Assembly: GCA_963677495.2 (NCBI GenBank)
Contig: CAXXOU010000001.1
Location: forward strand, 96,001 to 160,000
Direction: 5' to 3'
DNA: 64,000 nt
Origin: Candidatus Cloacimonadales bacterium
Lineage (GTDB): Bacteria; Cloacimonadota; Cloacimonadia; Cloacimonadales; JAFGVF01
In this document: in pieces, positions 17,760-27,884 of the stretch
Position numbering within the stretch: position 1 is the first letter of the stretch
How the letters are laid out: every line of letters begins with the position of its first letter
Made by a program: the position numbers and the translations under genes
The notes under the pieces: generated by a model
The model's input: only the letters and a program-made list of their open reading frames with translations
Told to the model about the DNA's origin: nothing
Database searches by the model: none

Positions 17760-20033
17760 ATGAAGAAAATTCTATTCCTGATAGCCATAGTGCTATCTCT
17801 TTCACCTATCCTTGCTGATGGTATTGCTCCATCCGGCACCGGGACACCAACTGACCCATACCTAATCGAATCACTTGATAACCTACTTTGGTTAAGTACT
17901 ACAGACTCTGTATGGGATGATAATGCATACTTCCAACAAACTTGTGATATTGATGCTTATGAGACGAGATACTGGAATGATGGTGCTGGTTTTAGGCCTA
18001 TTGGTCTACCTTTTTATCCAAATACTCATGATAGCTTTCATGGGAATTATAATGGTGATAATAATGCTATTGAAAATCTTTATATCAACAGACCTACAAC
18101 TGATGAAGTTGGTTTTTTCTCTCATACCACAAGGTCTGTTAAGAACATTAAACTCACGAATTGCAATGTTAAAGGAAACCAATTTGTAGGAGGAGTCACT
18201 GGAATTTTAGAATGCAATGTTGAAAATATTTATGTTTCGGGGGAAGTATATGGATATACAGGAGTTGGTGGAGTATTTGGAGCGCACTTATTCAATTGTA
18301 TTAATATAGAAAGCATAGTTTTCGTGGGAAATGTAATTGGGCATGATCATGTTGGCGGTATTATTGGTGCTCAAGGGCATCCAGCCAATAGAATGACGAA
18401 TCTAAGAAGCTCAGGATTTATTCATGGTGAAGAATATATCGGTGGAATAGCCGGTATGTGCAATGGAAATATAATGAAAGATATGGAGTCTATGTGTACT
18501 ATTGAAGGTTCTAAGGCTATTGGTGGATTGTTTGGGAGATTGAAAGCAAATGCAATAAATAATTGTTATTACAATTATGATAACATTTTGGTTAATGGTT
18601 CTCCACATTACAGCTTTGGTGCTTTACCTAATGATATATATCAAACCTGGATTCAAAATAATCGTCAATTGGATATTGATGACTACTTAAGCTTTGATGG
18701 ACAGGATTATTTGATTAATAATGCGGAAGATATTCGGTATATGGCCATGTTTGGAGCTAATATCAAATCATATAAAGTATGTAACAATATTGATTTATCG
18801 CAAGAGGAGAACCTATTTATACCCTACTTTAATGGAATAATTAAAGGACAAGGTATGACAATAACAGGGCTGAATGTTTCTAATCCTTATGGTTATAGTA
18901 CTGGTTTTATTGGCAAAGCAAGTCAAGTGGTTATTCTTGATCTGAACATTGAAAATGCAAGCATTGAGGGTGGTGATTACGTTGGTATTATGATTGGGGT
19001 ATCAAGTTTTGGATGGTTACAGAACATCAAATGTTCAGGAACTGTTAGTGGTGCTGAAAACGTTGGAGGTATATGCGGATTCTTTAGCAGAACAATGCAT
19101 AATTGTGAAGTTTCAGGTATAGTTGCAGGAGAGAAAAACGTTGGTGGAATGATTGGTTATAGCTTTTTCCCACATATTGATAAATGTCAAAGTTTATGCG
19201 ATGTTGCCGGTGAAAAAAACATAGGTGGTTTTGTTGGATATGTGAATCAAACTAACCGGTTTGAATATTGTTGTGCAGTTGGAAATATTACAGGAGTAGA
19301 TAATGTAGGAGGGTTTGTAGGGCAATGTGACGGATGGGTTGCAAATAGTTACTTTGTAGGAGATGTGATTGGGGATAACTGTGTTGGAGGTTTCGTAGGT
19401 GAAGCAATACATGGTGTTTATGATAGCTACTCTTCTGGATCAGTTTCTGGACAACTCAATGTGGGTGCTTTTGCAGGAAAAGCTTATAGGCTTAGAAATT
19501 GTGTTTGGAATAGTGATGAAGCAAATTGTGATGTTGGAATTGGTTCCGAATATCTAGGTAACTTAGTTGGTTTGAATAATCAGGAATTTAGAGATATTGC
19601 AAGCTTTGAAGCCATTAGATGGAATATAACTGAAGATGAGGGGAACATAGATCCCGGCATTTGGACAATAGATGCATCTGTAAATGATGGCTTCCCATAT
19701 CTTTCCTGGCAGGATTTCTCGACCACTGGATTAGATGAGTCAGACGAAGACGTATACAAACTGCAGACAAGTCTTGGTAGGGCTTACCCAAATCCATTTA
19801 ACCCAAGAACAAGCATAGGATTTCATATTAAACAGGGAGAAGTAGGTGAGATGATTATATACAATGTTAGAGGAGAGCTGGTTACTAAGTTTAAAGATTT
19901 GAAACCCGGGAAGCAATCAATTGAGTGGAATGGAGAAGATAGGAATGGTAAGCGAGTAGCATCAGGAGTATACTTCTATAACTTAAAAACTGAATCAGTA
20001 AATGTATCAGGAAAGATGATTTTATTGAAATAG
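17760..20033 (+). CDS. Secreted GLUG-repeat protein with C-terminal FlgD-Ig/T9SS-like sorting domain
   Basis: Signal peptide, GSG/GTGTPTDPYLI-type start, many VGGxxG repeats, AYPNPFNP..IYNVRGELV..WNGED..VASGVYFY..KMILLK. Confidence 0.88.
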   Translation: MKKILFLIAIVLSLSPILADGIAPSGTGTPTDPYLIESLDNLLWLSTTDSVWDDNAYFQQTCDIDAYETRYWNDGAGFRPIGLPFYPNTHDSFHGNYNGDNNAIENLYINRPTTDEVGFFSHTTRSVKNIKLTNCNVKGNQFVGGVTGILECNVENIYVSGEVYGYTGVGGVFGAHLFNCINIESIVFVGNVIGHDHVGGIIGAQGHPANRMTNLRSSGFIHGEEYIGGIAGMCNGNIMKDMESMCTIEGSKAIGGLFGRLKANAINNCYYNYDNILVNGSPHYSFGALPNDIYQTWIQNNRQLDIDDYLSFDGQDYLINNAEDIRYMAMFGANIKSYKVCNNIDLSQEENLFIPYFNGIIKGQGMTITGLNVSNPYGYSTGFIGKASQVVILDLNIENASIEGGDYVGIMIGVSSFGWLQNIKCSGTVSGAENVGGICGFFSRTMHNCEVSGIVAGEKNVGGMIGYSFFPHIDKCQSLCDVAGEKNIGGFVGYVNQTNRFEYCCAVGNITGVDNVGGFVGQCDGWVANSYFVGDVIGDNCVGGFVGEAIHGVYDSYSSGSVSGQLNVGAFAGKAYRLRNCVWNSDEANCDVGIGSEYLGNLVGLNNQEFRDIASFEAIRWNITEDEGNIDPGIWTIDASVNDGFPYLSWQDFSTTGLDESDEDVYKLQTSLGRAYPNPFNPRTSIGFHIKQGEVGEMIIYNVRGELVTKFKDLKPGKQSIEWNGEDRNGKRVASGVYFYNLKTESVNVSGKMILLK

Positions 20034-20034
20034 A

Positions 20035-20060
20035 GAAAGGCTACCACAAAGGTAGCCTTC
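20035..20060. terminator. Hairpin between convergent genes
   Basis: AAGGCTACC-ACAAA-GGTAGCCTT. Confidence 0.6.
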
Positions 20061-20084
20061 AATAACAATGTATCGGGTAAGAAA

Positions 20085-20435
20085 CTACTCAGTCTCTTCG
20101 AGATATTCCTCTTCATCTTCTTCGTTTAAGACTTGTTCGAAAGTATCCACAACTTTCTTGAACTCATCTTCATCAGTGATATTGTCGAGTTGAATTGAAT
20201 CATCTTGTTCTTCATACTGGTAAACCCAGAAAGTTTCACTTTCTTCTGGAAGAACAGCAATATAATCCTTTCCTTCAATCTCAATTGTGCCTAAGACTTC
20301 ACAACTAACTGTAGAACCGTCTTCGAGTTCCATATCGATGAATAAACTATCATCCATCACATCTTCGTGTTTGTGGTCATGGTCATGTCCACAATCACCA
20401 CCGCATTGGCAATCATGCTTCTTATCTTCAGTCAT
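20085..20435 (-). CDS. DUF1292-like acidic protein with His/Cys-rich N-terminus
   Basis: ELEDGSTVSCEVLGTIEIEGKDYIAVLP..ITDEDEF; GGAGG RBS before ATG 20435. Confidence 0.8.
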   Translation of the reverse strand: MTEDKKHDCQCGGDCGHDHDHKHEDVMDDSLFIDMELEDGSTVSCEVLGTIEIEGKDYIAVLPEESETFWVYQYEEQDDSIQLDNITDEDEFKKVVDTFEQVLNEEDEEEYLEETE

Positions 20436-20531
20436 ATTGACCTCCAAAATAGTAATAAAGGCAGGATAAATCATATCAGTGAGAAGGCAAGCAAATAATT
20501 AAGAAAAGATTACCTTTCTGCAACAAAAAGT

Positions 20532-20560
20532 TTGACACCCTATATATACTCCTATAGAAT
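20532..20560 (+). promoter_or_regulatory. Sigma70-type promoter for the methyltransferase
   Basis: TTGACA-17 nt-TAGAAT, 20 nt upstream of ATG 20581. Confidence 0.6.
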
Positions 20561-20580
20561 CAGTATGATTAGGAGCGTAA

Positions 20581-21369
20581 ATGAAAAGAGCAGACAAACA
20601 TTGGGAAACGTATGGAAAGGAAGATCCATATTACTGGGTTACTACACAAGAGAAGTTTAAAGGTGATATAAGTGAATCGGAAAAACTTGATACATTCTTC
20701 AACGAAGCTGATCAGTATAGAGAGAAACTTTTTCAGATAATCAGAAATCGACTAGATAAGAATTTTAATCCAAAGAGGGTTTTGGATTATGGGTGTGGTG
20801 TTGGTAGAATTCTAATACCTATGGCAAAGCACTGTGAAGAAGCTGTTGGAACTGACATATCGCAACCAATGCTGGACAAGGCAGAGTTACATGCTGAAGA
20901 GCTTGGATATAAACACGTTAAACTTGCTCTGAGTGATGATTCTCTATCAAGAATTGAAGGTAAGTTTGATTTCATTCATTCGATCTATGTTTTCCAGCAT
21001 ATACCGATTCAGCGAGGGATGATTATTTTAGAAAGATTGTTAAGAAGATTGAATCCTGGTGGGGTGGCGATGATTCAGATGACATATTCAAATGACATGA
21101 GTAAACATAGACAGTTTCTTGACTGGATGAAGATGAACTTTCCACTTTTTCTTGAGCTCAACAACTTAATTCATTTGAGGAAGCCGGATACTCCCATTAT
21201 GGAAATGCATAATTATCCTATGAATAGGGTTGAAGAGTTACTGCATAAAATGGATATTGCTCATAAATATACCAGATATACTAAGGATGGACCTTTTAGG
21301 GGAGTTATGTTGTTTATACAGGTTTCAAGTAATGAGGAACAATATGTTACTCTGCCGGAGATTCCTTAA
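20581..21369 (+). CDS. Class I SAM-dependent methyltransferase
   Basis: VLDYGCGVGR motif I, GTDISQPML, FDFIHSIYVFQHI, LNPGG. Confidence 0.9.
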   Translation: MKRADKHWETYGKEDPYYWVTTQEKFKGDISESEKLDTFFNEADQYREKLFQIIRNRLDKNFNPKRVLDYGCGVGRILIPMAKHCEEAVGTDISQPMLDKAELHAEELGYKHVKLALSDDSLSRIEGKFDFIHSIYVFQHIPIQRGMIILERLLRRLNPGGVAMIQMTYSNDMSKHRQFLDWMKMNFPLFLELNNLIHLRKPDTPIMEMHNYPMNRVEELLHKMDIAHKYTRYTKDGPFRGVMLFIQVSSNEEQYVTLPEIP

Positions 21370-21808
21370 TTGATTTAACTTGGTTCAAAGTATTAATGTA
21401 GTGAGTACCTTTCCAGTAGTACTTACCGCAATGACGGCAATACTTATACTCATCATAGTTCTCAAGAACTTTAGAAGGTAGTTTAATAGCAATCCTCTCT
21501 TTTGAGATTGAGTAGAGATTATGATTACACTCTGAGCAGATTGTGAATGCGTTGTCAGCATTAAGATTAAGTTGTTTTACAATAGACATAAACTGCTCTT
21601 GAGGATCTGAGCTGTGAATGAGAATTCTCTCAAATTGACGCTTATCATTGAACAACTTTTTACTTCTAGTTAGAGCAATTCGATGCTCTTTTATTGCAAC
21701 TCTAACTAAAGTATGTGAACTCAAACTCCGGTTAACGGTAGAGTTATAACCGATAAACCGGAGCTTTTTGGCCAATTTATTGAGTTCTGAGGTGAGGATA
21801 AATTTCAT
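21347..21808 (-). CDS. Mut7-C RNase-domain protein
   Basis: LAKKLRFIGY, RIALTR, CSECN..CRHCGKYYWKGTH. Confidence 0.85.
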   Translation of the reverse strand: MKFILTSELNKLAKKLRFIGYNSTVNRSLSSHTLVRVAIKEHRIALTRSKKLFNDKRQFERILIHSSDPQEQFMSIVKQLNLNADNAFTICSECNHNLYSISKERIAIKLPSKVLENYDEYKYCRHCGKYYWKGTHYINTLNQVKSIKESPAE

Positions 21809-22491
21809 TAATTCCTGTTTCCACGCAGGATAATCAATCTGATAAGTTGTACAAGAGCCATAAGAGTCGATGCTACATAAGTGAGTGCAGCAGAATTAAG
21901 AATCTTACGTGCTCCCGGCATCTCATCAGGTTCGATGATTTTACCATACTCCAGTTCAGCATAAGCTCGTTTTGATGCATTGAATTCCACAGGTAGCGTC
22001 ACAAGATGAAAAAGTAGAGCTGCTGCAAATAGTACAATTCCAATATCCATTAATGGTCCAATACTAAAAAGAAAACCAGCTAGGAAAAGCGGAAAAGCTC
22101 CTTTTGAGCCTATGTTTGCTATCGGCAATATCTGTGCTCGAATAGTAAGAGGAGCATAATTGTCTGCATGTTGAAGAGCATGTCCACATTCATGTGCAGC
22201 AATAGTAATAGCTGAGACAGAGGGTTGCGAATAGTTATGCTCAGAGAGTCTCACTGTTTGGGTACGAGGGTCATAATGATCAGTTAGTTCACCTTTTACA
22301 GCTTCTATCTGAACATCATTTAATCCATTATCGTCAAGAATTTTACGAGCAGCTTCTGCTCCTGTTAACCCGTTATAATTTCTAACTTTTGCAAACTTTC
22401 TATAGTTGGATACAACCTGGCGCTGGACTACCATAGCCAAGATGAAAACCGGTATAATCAGCATAAATGTAGGATCACCGAATAGATACAT
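21808..22491 (-). CDS. Membrane zinc metallopeptidase (YugP family)
   Basis: LTDHYDP, AAHECGHALQH, TLPVEFNAS, AALTYVA. Confidence 0.92.
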   Translation of the reverse strand: MYLFGDPTFMLIIPVFILAMVVQRQVVSNYRKFAKVRNYNGLTGAEAARKILDDNGLNDVQIEAVKGELTDHYDPRTQTVRLSEHNYSQPSVSAITIAAHECGHALQHADNYAPLTIRAQILPIANIGSKGAFPLFLAGFLFSIGPLMDIGIVLFAAALLFHLVTLPVEFNASKRAYAELEYGKIIEPDEMPGARKILNSAALTYVASTLMALVQLIRLIILRGNRN

Positions 22492-22563
22492 ATACGACTC
22501 CTTTTATTAATTTACAACTGATATAATCCGCTTATTCTGTAAAGTTACAAAAGGTGTTATCTG

Positions 22564-23016
22564 TTATTTAACAAGTTCAGAACCGAAATTTCTGCACTTT
22601 TCCAGATCCCCTCTTGTTACGGGATACCCTTTCCAAATAGATAGAAAACCTCCGGCTTGCATTACAGGGCCATGAACAAAATCAACACACCCTTTTTCCA
22701 TTGAGAGAAACTCAACTTCTTTGACTGCCTTATGTCCACCTGAACCACCCATAACAGCAAAGGATGCACACATTTTATCGCTTAGATCCTTATCTTGAAT
22801 CTTGTGAATAAAAGATTTAATAGGTCCGCAAGCTCCACCAAACCAAGTTGGTGTTCCAAAAATTATTATCTCGAAATCCTTTAGTTTTGAATGATTACAT
22901 TCTTTAACAGGAACTACTTCAATTGCGTGCCCTGCATATCGAACACCTTCTTCGATAGCTTTGGCTGCTTCAAGGGTATGTCCTGATTTTGTATGGTAAA
23001 CAAGCAGGACTTTCAT
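22564..23016 (-). CDS. Flavodoxin family protein
   Basis: VYHTKSGHT, IFGTPTWFGG. Confidence 0.85.
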   Translation of the reverse strand: MKVLLVYHTKSGHTLEAAKAIEEGVRYAGHAIEVVPVKECNHSKLKDFEIIIFGTPTWFGGACGPIKSFIHKIQDKDLSDKMCASFAVMGGSGGHKAVKEVEFLSMEKGCVDFVHGPVMQAGGFLSIWKGYPVTRGDLEKCRNFGSELVK

Positions 23017-23030
23017 AGATACTCCTTTAC

Positions 23031-23906
23031 TTAAATAAGATTTAACCTCTTAAGGCAGTTTTGGAGAATAACCCTGTTTGACTTTTGAAGTGGATACATA
23101 GGAAGTCTAAATTCCAAGTCGATCATACCCATCATGACAAGAGCTTCTTTTACAGGGATTGGATTAGTTTCGATAAACATTCTTCTGTTTATCTCCATTA
23201 ATTCCTCATGGAGATTCTTTGCTTTTGAATACTCCCCTTTCAATGAAAGAGAGACTAATTGATGAACTTTCGCAGGTAATATATTTGCTGTTACTGAGAT
23301 GCAACCCTTACCACCTATTGCCATTGTAGGCATCACTAATGGATCTTCACCAGACATAAGTGAGAAACCTTCCGGGGCATCACGTATAATCTCAGTTGCT
23401 TGAATCAAATCACCTGAAGCTTCTTTAATACCAACTATATTTTCGCAATCCCGAGCTAAAGCAACTGTGGTTGCTGAACTGATGTTTACACCTGTTCTAC
23501 CGGGAACATTATATATAACTATAGAACCTTTAACCTGCTCTGAAACAGCTTTAAAGAACTCATACATTCCTTGCTGAGTTGGTTTTATATAGTATGGTGT
23601 TATAACTAAAGCATAGTCAGCACCTAGATCAAAAGCTTTTCTTGTATTGGATATTGTCTGTTTTAAGTTATAGCTTCCTGTGCCTACCATGATTGGCACT
23701 TTACCTTTAAGTCTTTGAATTGCAAAACGTAGTAAGCTTTCCTTTTCATCACTTGCTAAAGCTGTAGCCTCTCCGGTTGTTCCAAGAAGAAGTATTCCGT
23801 CTGTCTGATTGTCTAAATGAAACTGTAGAAGTCTTTCCAGACTATTGTAATCTATCTCACCATTTTTAAATGGAGTTACGAGCGCAACATACGAACCTTG
23901 TAGCAT
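23031..23906 (-). CDS. dapA: 4-hydroxy-tetrahydrodipicolinate synthase
   Basis: ALVTPF, GTTGE, YNVPGRTG, GIKEASG, ETNPIPVK. Confidence 0.96.
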   Translation of the reverse strand: MLQGSYVALVTPFKNGEIDYNSLERLLQFHLDNQTDGILLLGTTGEATALASDEKESLLRFAIQRLKGKVPIMVGTGSYNLKQTISNTRKAFDLGADYALVITPYYIKPTQQGMYEFFKAVSEQVKGSIVIYNVPGRTGVNISSATTVALARDCENIVGIKEASGDLIQATEIIRDAPEGFSLMSGEDPLVMPTMAIGGKGCISVTANILPAKVHQLVSLSLKGEYSKAKNLHEELMEINRRMFIETNPIPVKEALVMMGMIDLEFRLPMYPLQKSNRVILQNCLKRLNLI

Positions 23907-23924
23907 TTCTAAATCCCTTATTAT

Positions 23925-25850
23925 TTAGTTTACTTTTCGCTCCTCTGCTTTCACTAGAAGCATTTCAATTATGAAAAGAATTAAAACTATGACAAGTAAT
24001 ATTTTCCATAACTCAAATCCATACCGGGCACGGAAGATAGTTTTCTTCCAATTGCTTCCCACTACTTCACTTCCTGATATTGTTGAAAAATCTCCTTGTT
24101 TATAGCTACTCTCCAAGTTTTCTAAGTTCACGGCGTAGATACTTTTAGAACCTTTATTATCGACATGATAGATCCCAGGTTTAGGGGGTGTAAAGTTTCT
24201 ATTTGATGGAGTAATAACATTATTATCCGGCAATATTATCTGTTCAGCATAAAAACCTGAACCCAGCGTTAGGTTGAAGTTCTTAATGTCCTTATTCGAG
24301 AGGTCTGTTAATAATTTATACATTATTACAGGCCAGTTGCTATCTAGAAAAAAATTGTTTCGCATACTGGTCAAATCAAGATTGAGAACCCAATTAGGTC
24401 TGGGATTAACCAATATGGGTGAATCATCAACTGAGATTACTGACGAATTATCATTAGTACTACTGGATCTCCAAAAATCTCTCATTCTTAAATCTTTTAA
24501 AGCTCTTTCAGCAGAGAGATTAAGTAGTTGATGATGCTTGTTAAAATAACTAATTCTATGTTCTTCATCAGAATATTCTTGAATACTCATTCCTAAGTAG
24601 CTATGATAGAACTCTTTTATCTCGTTAGGAATCTCTTTTCCGGCACAAAACAAAATACCTTTTCCTAACTCATTATACTTCCTAAACACAGTTTCTAATC
24701 GTGTATCAATACTCATTAAGCCATATACAACTAGAAAGTCATATTTGCTAACAATATCAAAGTTGAGGTTTTTCGAGTTTAGATACTTAAGATTAGTAGC
24801 GTCTGAAGTATACAGTTCTAACACAGATTTGAGCACTATAGGGATATCCTGCTCTTCAGAAATAATAGCAACTTCAGGTTTGGTGTTATATGGGAAGCTG
24901 AAGTATTTTCTGTTATCAATCGTAAGTAGTTCATCTTGAACTTCAACATAACCATTATACCAGCCACTTTTACCAAGCTCAAGTCTAAAGAAATCAGAAT
25001 TAGTCTCATGAGGTTTCAAATCAATGAATTTTTCTGCTGTAAGTTTATCATTCAAAACAAGTCGACAAAGTACATCTTTACGCTCTATCGCTGAATGGTT
25101 CTTAACTTTGAAATCTATTGTTCTCTCAAATTCTCGATTAATAATCCTAGCATCAATATTTGCAGAGACACAGCTAATATTGAGCCAAGAATCAATCTTT
25201 ATCGGAACAATTTGCAACGGAAATTTTGATTCAATTGGCAATTCTTGTTCCTGCATGTCTGTTATAAGGTAAACCTCTCTATTAGAAAGTTGGGCTTCCT
25301 TAAGTAGTTGTTCAGATATTTCAAAAGCTTCTTTCAAAGCAATTGGTGTTTCTGAGATATCAAGTGAAGAAATCAGTTCCTCATTTATTTCAGATTGGTT
25401 TACTGCATACAGGTTATTCCATTCTCTAGAAAGTGAGACAACTGATACTATATCTCTACTATTCAACATAGAGTTGATTTCACTAAGTATTTCAGTTGCT
25501 TTATTAAGGGATGATGTTTGCTCTGATAGATACTGCATACTCCAAGAAGTATCAATAATAATCGATATGGCAGTTGGAGGATGCTTCGTAGTATTTGATA
25601 GACCTTGAATCTTGAGGAATGGTCTTGAGATAGCCAGAATCGTTAGTAGTATGATAAGAATCCTAATAATCAGTAGAAGTATATTCTTAATATTAAGTTT
25701 CTTCTTCTGACTATCGTTACTCTGCTGGATAAACCTAATAGAAGAGAATACTACCTTTTTAGGTCGTTTCTTAGCAAACAAATAGATAAGCAGGGGTAGA
25801 ACCCCTGCTGCAAGAAATATTAATATACCTGTATTTAGGAATGAAAACAT
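23925..25850 (-). CDS. BatA-type N-terminal double-TM / VWA-domain protein
   Basis: MFSFLN..PLLIYL..FSSIRF..LLIIR..ISRP (BatA), IDTSWSM MIDAS-like motif, LITDMQ, C-terminal TM ELWK. Confidence 0.8.
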   Translation of the reverse strand: MFSFLNTGILIFLAAGVLPLLIYLFAKKRPKKVVFSSIRFIQQSNDSQKKKLNIKNILLLIIRILIILLTILAISRPFLKIQGLSNTTKHPPTAISIIIDTSWSMQYLSEQTSSLNKATEILSEINSMLNSRDIVSVVSLSREWNNLYAVNQSEINEELISSLDISETPIALKEAFEISEQLLKEAQLSNREVYLITDMQEQELPIESKFPLQIVPIKIDSWLNISCVSANIDARIINREFERTIDFKVKNHSAIERKDVLCRLVLNDKLTAEKFIDLKPHETNSDFFRLELGKSGWYNGYVEVQDELLTIDNRKYFSFPYNTKPEVAIISEEQDIPIVLKSVLELYTSDATNLKYLNSKNLNFDIVSKYDFLVVYGLMSIDTRLETVFRKYNELGKGILFCAGKEIPNEIKEFYHSYLGMSIQEYSDEEHRISYFNKHHQLLNLSAERALKDLRMRDFWRSSSTNDNSSVISVDDSPILVNPRPNWVLNLDLTSMRNNFFLDSNWPVIMYKLLTDLSNKDIKNFNLTLGSGFYAEQIILPDNNVITPSNRNFTPPKPGIYHVDNKGSKSIYAVNLENLESSYKQGDFSTISGSEVVGSNWKKTIFRARYGFELWKILLVIVLILFIIEMLLVKAEERKVN

Positions 25851-25853
25851 GCT

Positions 25854-26936
25854 TTAGAAGCCAAGTGTTAGTGATACCAGATAGTCGTTACTTTCCCATT
25901 CAAATTCAGGACTTACAAGACCAAAATCTATCTTGATCCCACTCATATTATAACCAATACCCATTGTATAGTTAACAAGTTTTTCCTCTTCTCCCTCTGC
26001 ATTTACAACGTATTCCCAGAAGGTACCTACTCTCAATCCCATTGACTGTGGATTCTCTTCAGTTCCGGAAGTATAAGGAGTGAAATTCATTCCCATATGA
26101 TTTGTAAGTTTTACTTCCTCTTCAATTCTTCCCTTTAAAGTGTACATTAATTGGAGTTTCTGTAAGTCATATTGAGTTCCAACCGCCCAATTTCTAACAA
26201 GACGCTCATTATCGTAATGTTCCCAATAGAGCTCAGAGTATACATCGAGTAAACTTGCAGCCATAGTAATGCGACCAACTTTGTATATACCTCCAACATC
26301 TACAGAGAAACCCTTCACTTTCGAGTCTAGGAATGTGTTTTTATCTGTAGAATTGGGCTCATTATAAGTAATTTTATGCACAAGTCTACCAAAGAGATAT
26401 TTGACACCAAATCCCAAAGAACCGTTAGGTACTTTCTTATCAAGAAGCGCAAAAGATGTTTGGAATGCATCTAACTTGTAATCATAATATTCCTGCTTCC
26501 CTATAGATGTATTCTTATCAACAAAGTGAGATTCAGCCAAGATTTGATAACTGAAAGAGAATGTCTTTGCAGCTAAACCAACATAGCTCAATCTTGTTTC
26601 ATTTAAAAGATTACTGTATTCTATCATATCTTGAAAGTTCATTACTCTTTCAGAACTGCTTCGACCGGATACAGCGAGATACATCTTCTCATTCTTAAAG
26701 AGGAGAGCAGGGTTATCATAACCACCAAAGATGTCACTTCCGTTTGTAATATTGATTCCACCAAGTGACATAGCTACGGGTGAGACATGTGCATAAGGGG
26801 TATGATAATCAAATTCTTTAATAGGAAGCTTTGATGGTGTTGAGTGATAATTAGTAAATTGTGCGAATACTGTATTGCCAATAATAAGTAGCAATAATAA
26901 CATTAAATACGTTTTTTTCATATCTGTTTCCTTCAT
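25854..26936 (-). CDS. Outer-membrane beta-barrel (PorV/FadL-like)
   Basis: Signal peptide, AMSLGG..YDNPALL N-terminal motif, C-terminal LVSLTLGF. Confidence 0.65.
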   Translation of the reverse strand: MKETDMKKTYLMLLLLLIIGNTVFAQFTNYHSTPSKLPIKEFDYHTPYAHVSPVAMSLGGINITNGSDIFGGYDNPALLFKNEKMYLAVSGRSSSERVMNFQDMIEYSNLLNETRLSYVGLAAKTFSFSYQILAESHFVDKNTSIGKQEYYDYKLDAFQTSFALLDKKVPNGSLGFGVKYLFGRLVHKITYNEPNSTDKNTFLDSKVKGFSVDVGGIYKVGRITMAASLLDVYSELYWEHYDNERLVRNWAVGTQYDLQKLQLMYTLKGRIEEEVKLTNHMGMNFTPYTSGTEENPQSMGLRVGTFWEYVVNAEGEEEKLVNYTMGIGYNMSGIKIDFGLVSPEFEWESNDYLVSLTLGF

Positions 26937-26950
26937 GGGTTTCCCATTCT

Positions 26951-27883
26951 TTATGCAAAGTCTGTTCTTTTCTTAGAATAAAATCTCAAAGCTAAGAAAT
27001 ATCCAAAGTAAGCTAATATTATACCGCCTATTACGTCAATAAGATAGTGATAATGGCAATATACTGTTGATAGGCAAAGCAGGACTACGATTGGGGCAAC
27101 TATCCTTCTCATCTTAGGTAGATATCGATTTATTGCAAGAGCAATTGATATTGCAACTGCTACATGTGAGCTTGGAAATGCTCCACCTGCATGTGGGCTT
27201 TGAATATATATATAAGCCATGATTCGCGTGAACGGTCCATATCTATAAAGTGTAGTTAATTCAGCTGTGTTGATACTTAGTGGATTTAATGCTGCACCTG
27301 ATGCAATTTCCGGGAAACGAGATATAAACTCCTGCCCAAATGCTCTTGCTCCAATTACAGGTAACCACGAGAATATAAAGAAGCAGAGGTAGAACACTGT
27401 AGAGGTTGTAAACACAAATTCACCTAAGTTCTCTCTCTGTTTAAAGTATAGGTATATTGGAGTAATCACAACTAATGGATAGTAAGCAAAGTAAGCAAAG
27501 TGCATCAGTTCCTGTAACCAAAAGTAATCGAAATTTACTCCCCAAGAAATACTTGGTTGAGAGCCAAATACCCATTGCTCCAAAGCTTGGAACGAGGGAT
27601 CTATATATCCTTTAAAGAAAACCCGATTTGTCACCATGGTAATCTCAAAGAAGTAAGCTGTTAACATCAGAGGATATATGTTACGGATTAAATTAATCAC
27701 CGGATTCTTAAACTTGTTATCAAGTAAAATTACAGTAAATACACCAAACGTTATAAGCCCAAGATTCAGAAGATGATGATACGGATCTTCTACAGTTTTA
27801 ATCCCCCAAAGAATCATGAATATTATCCAAACGATATACCCCAAAGCTACTACATCAATCTCTTTAAAACCCTTCAATTTCAT
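26951..27883 (-). CDS. PAP2-superfamily membrane protein (Aur1/IPC-synthase-like)
   Basis: Multi-TM; AFPSSHV and STVYCHYHYLIDVIGG catalytic motifs. Confidence 0.85.
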   Translation of the reverse strand: MKLKGFKEIDVVALGYIVWIIFMILWGIKTVEDPYHHLLNLGLITFGVFTVILLDNKFKNPVINLIRNIYPLMLTAYFFEITMVTNRVFFKGYIDPSFQALEQWVFGSQPSISWGVNFDYFWLQELMHFAYFAYYPLVVITPIYLYFKQRENLGEFVFTTSTVFYLCFFIFSWLPVIGARAFGQEFISRFPEIASGAALNPLSINTAELTTLYRYGPFTRIMAYIYIQSPHAGGAFPSSHVAVAISIALAINRYLPKMRRIVAPIVVLLCLSTVYCHYHYLIDVIGGIILAYFGYFLALRFYSKKRTDFA

Positions 27884-27884
27884 A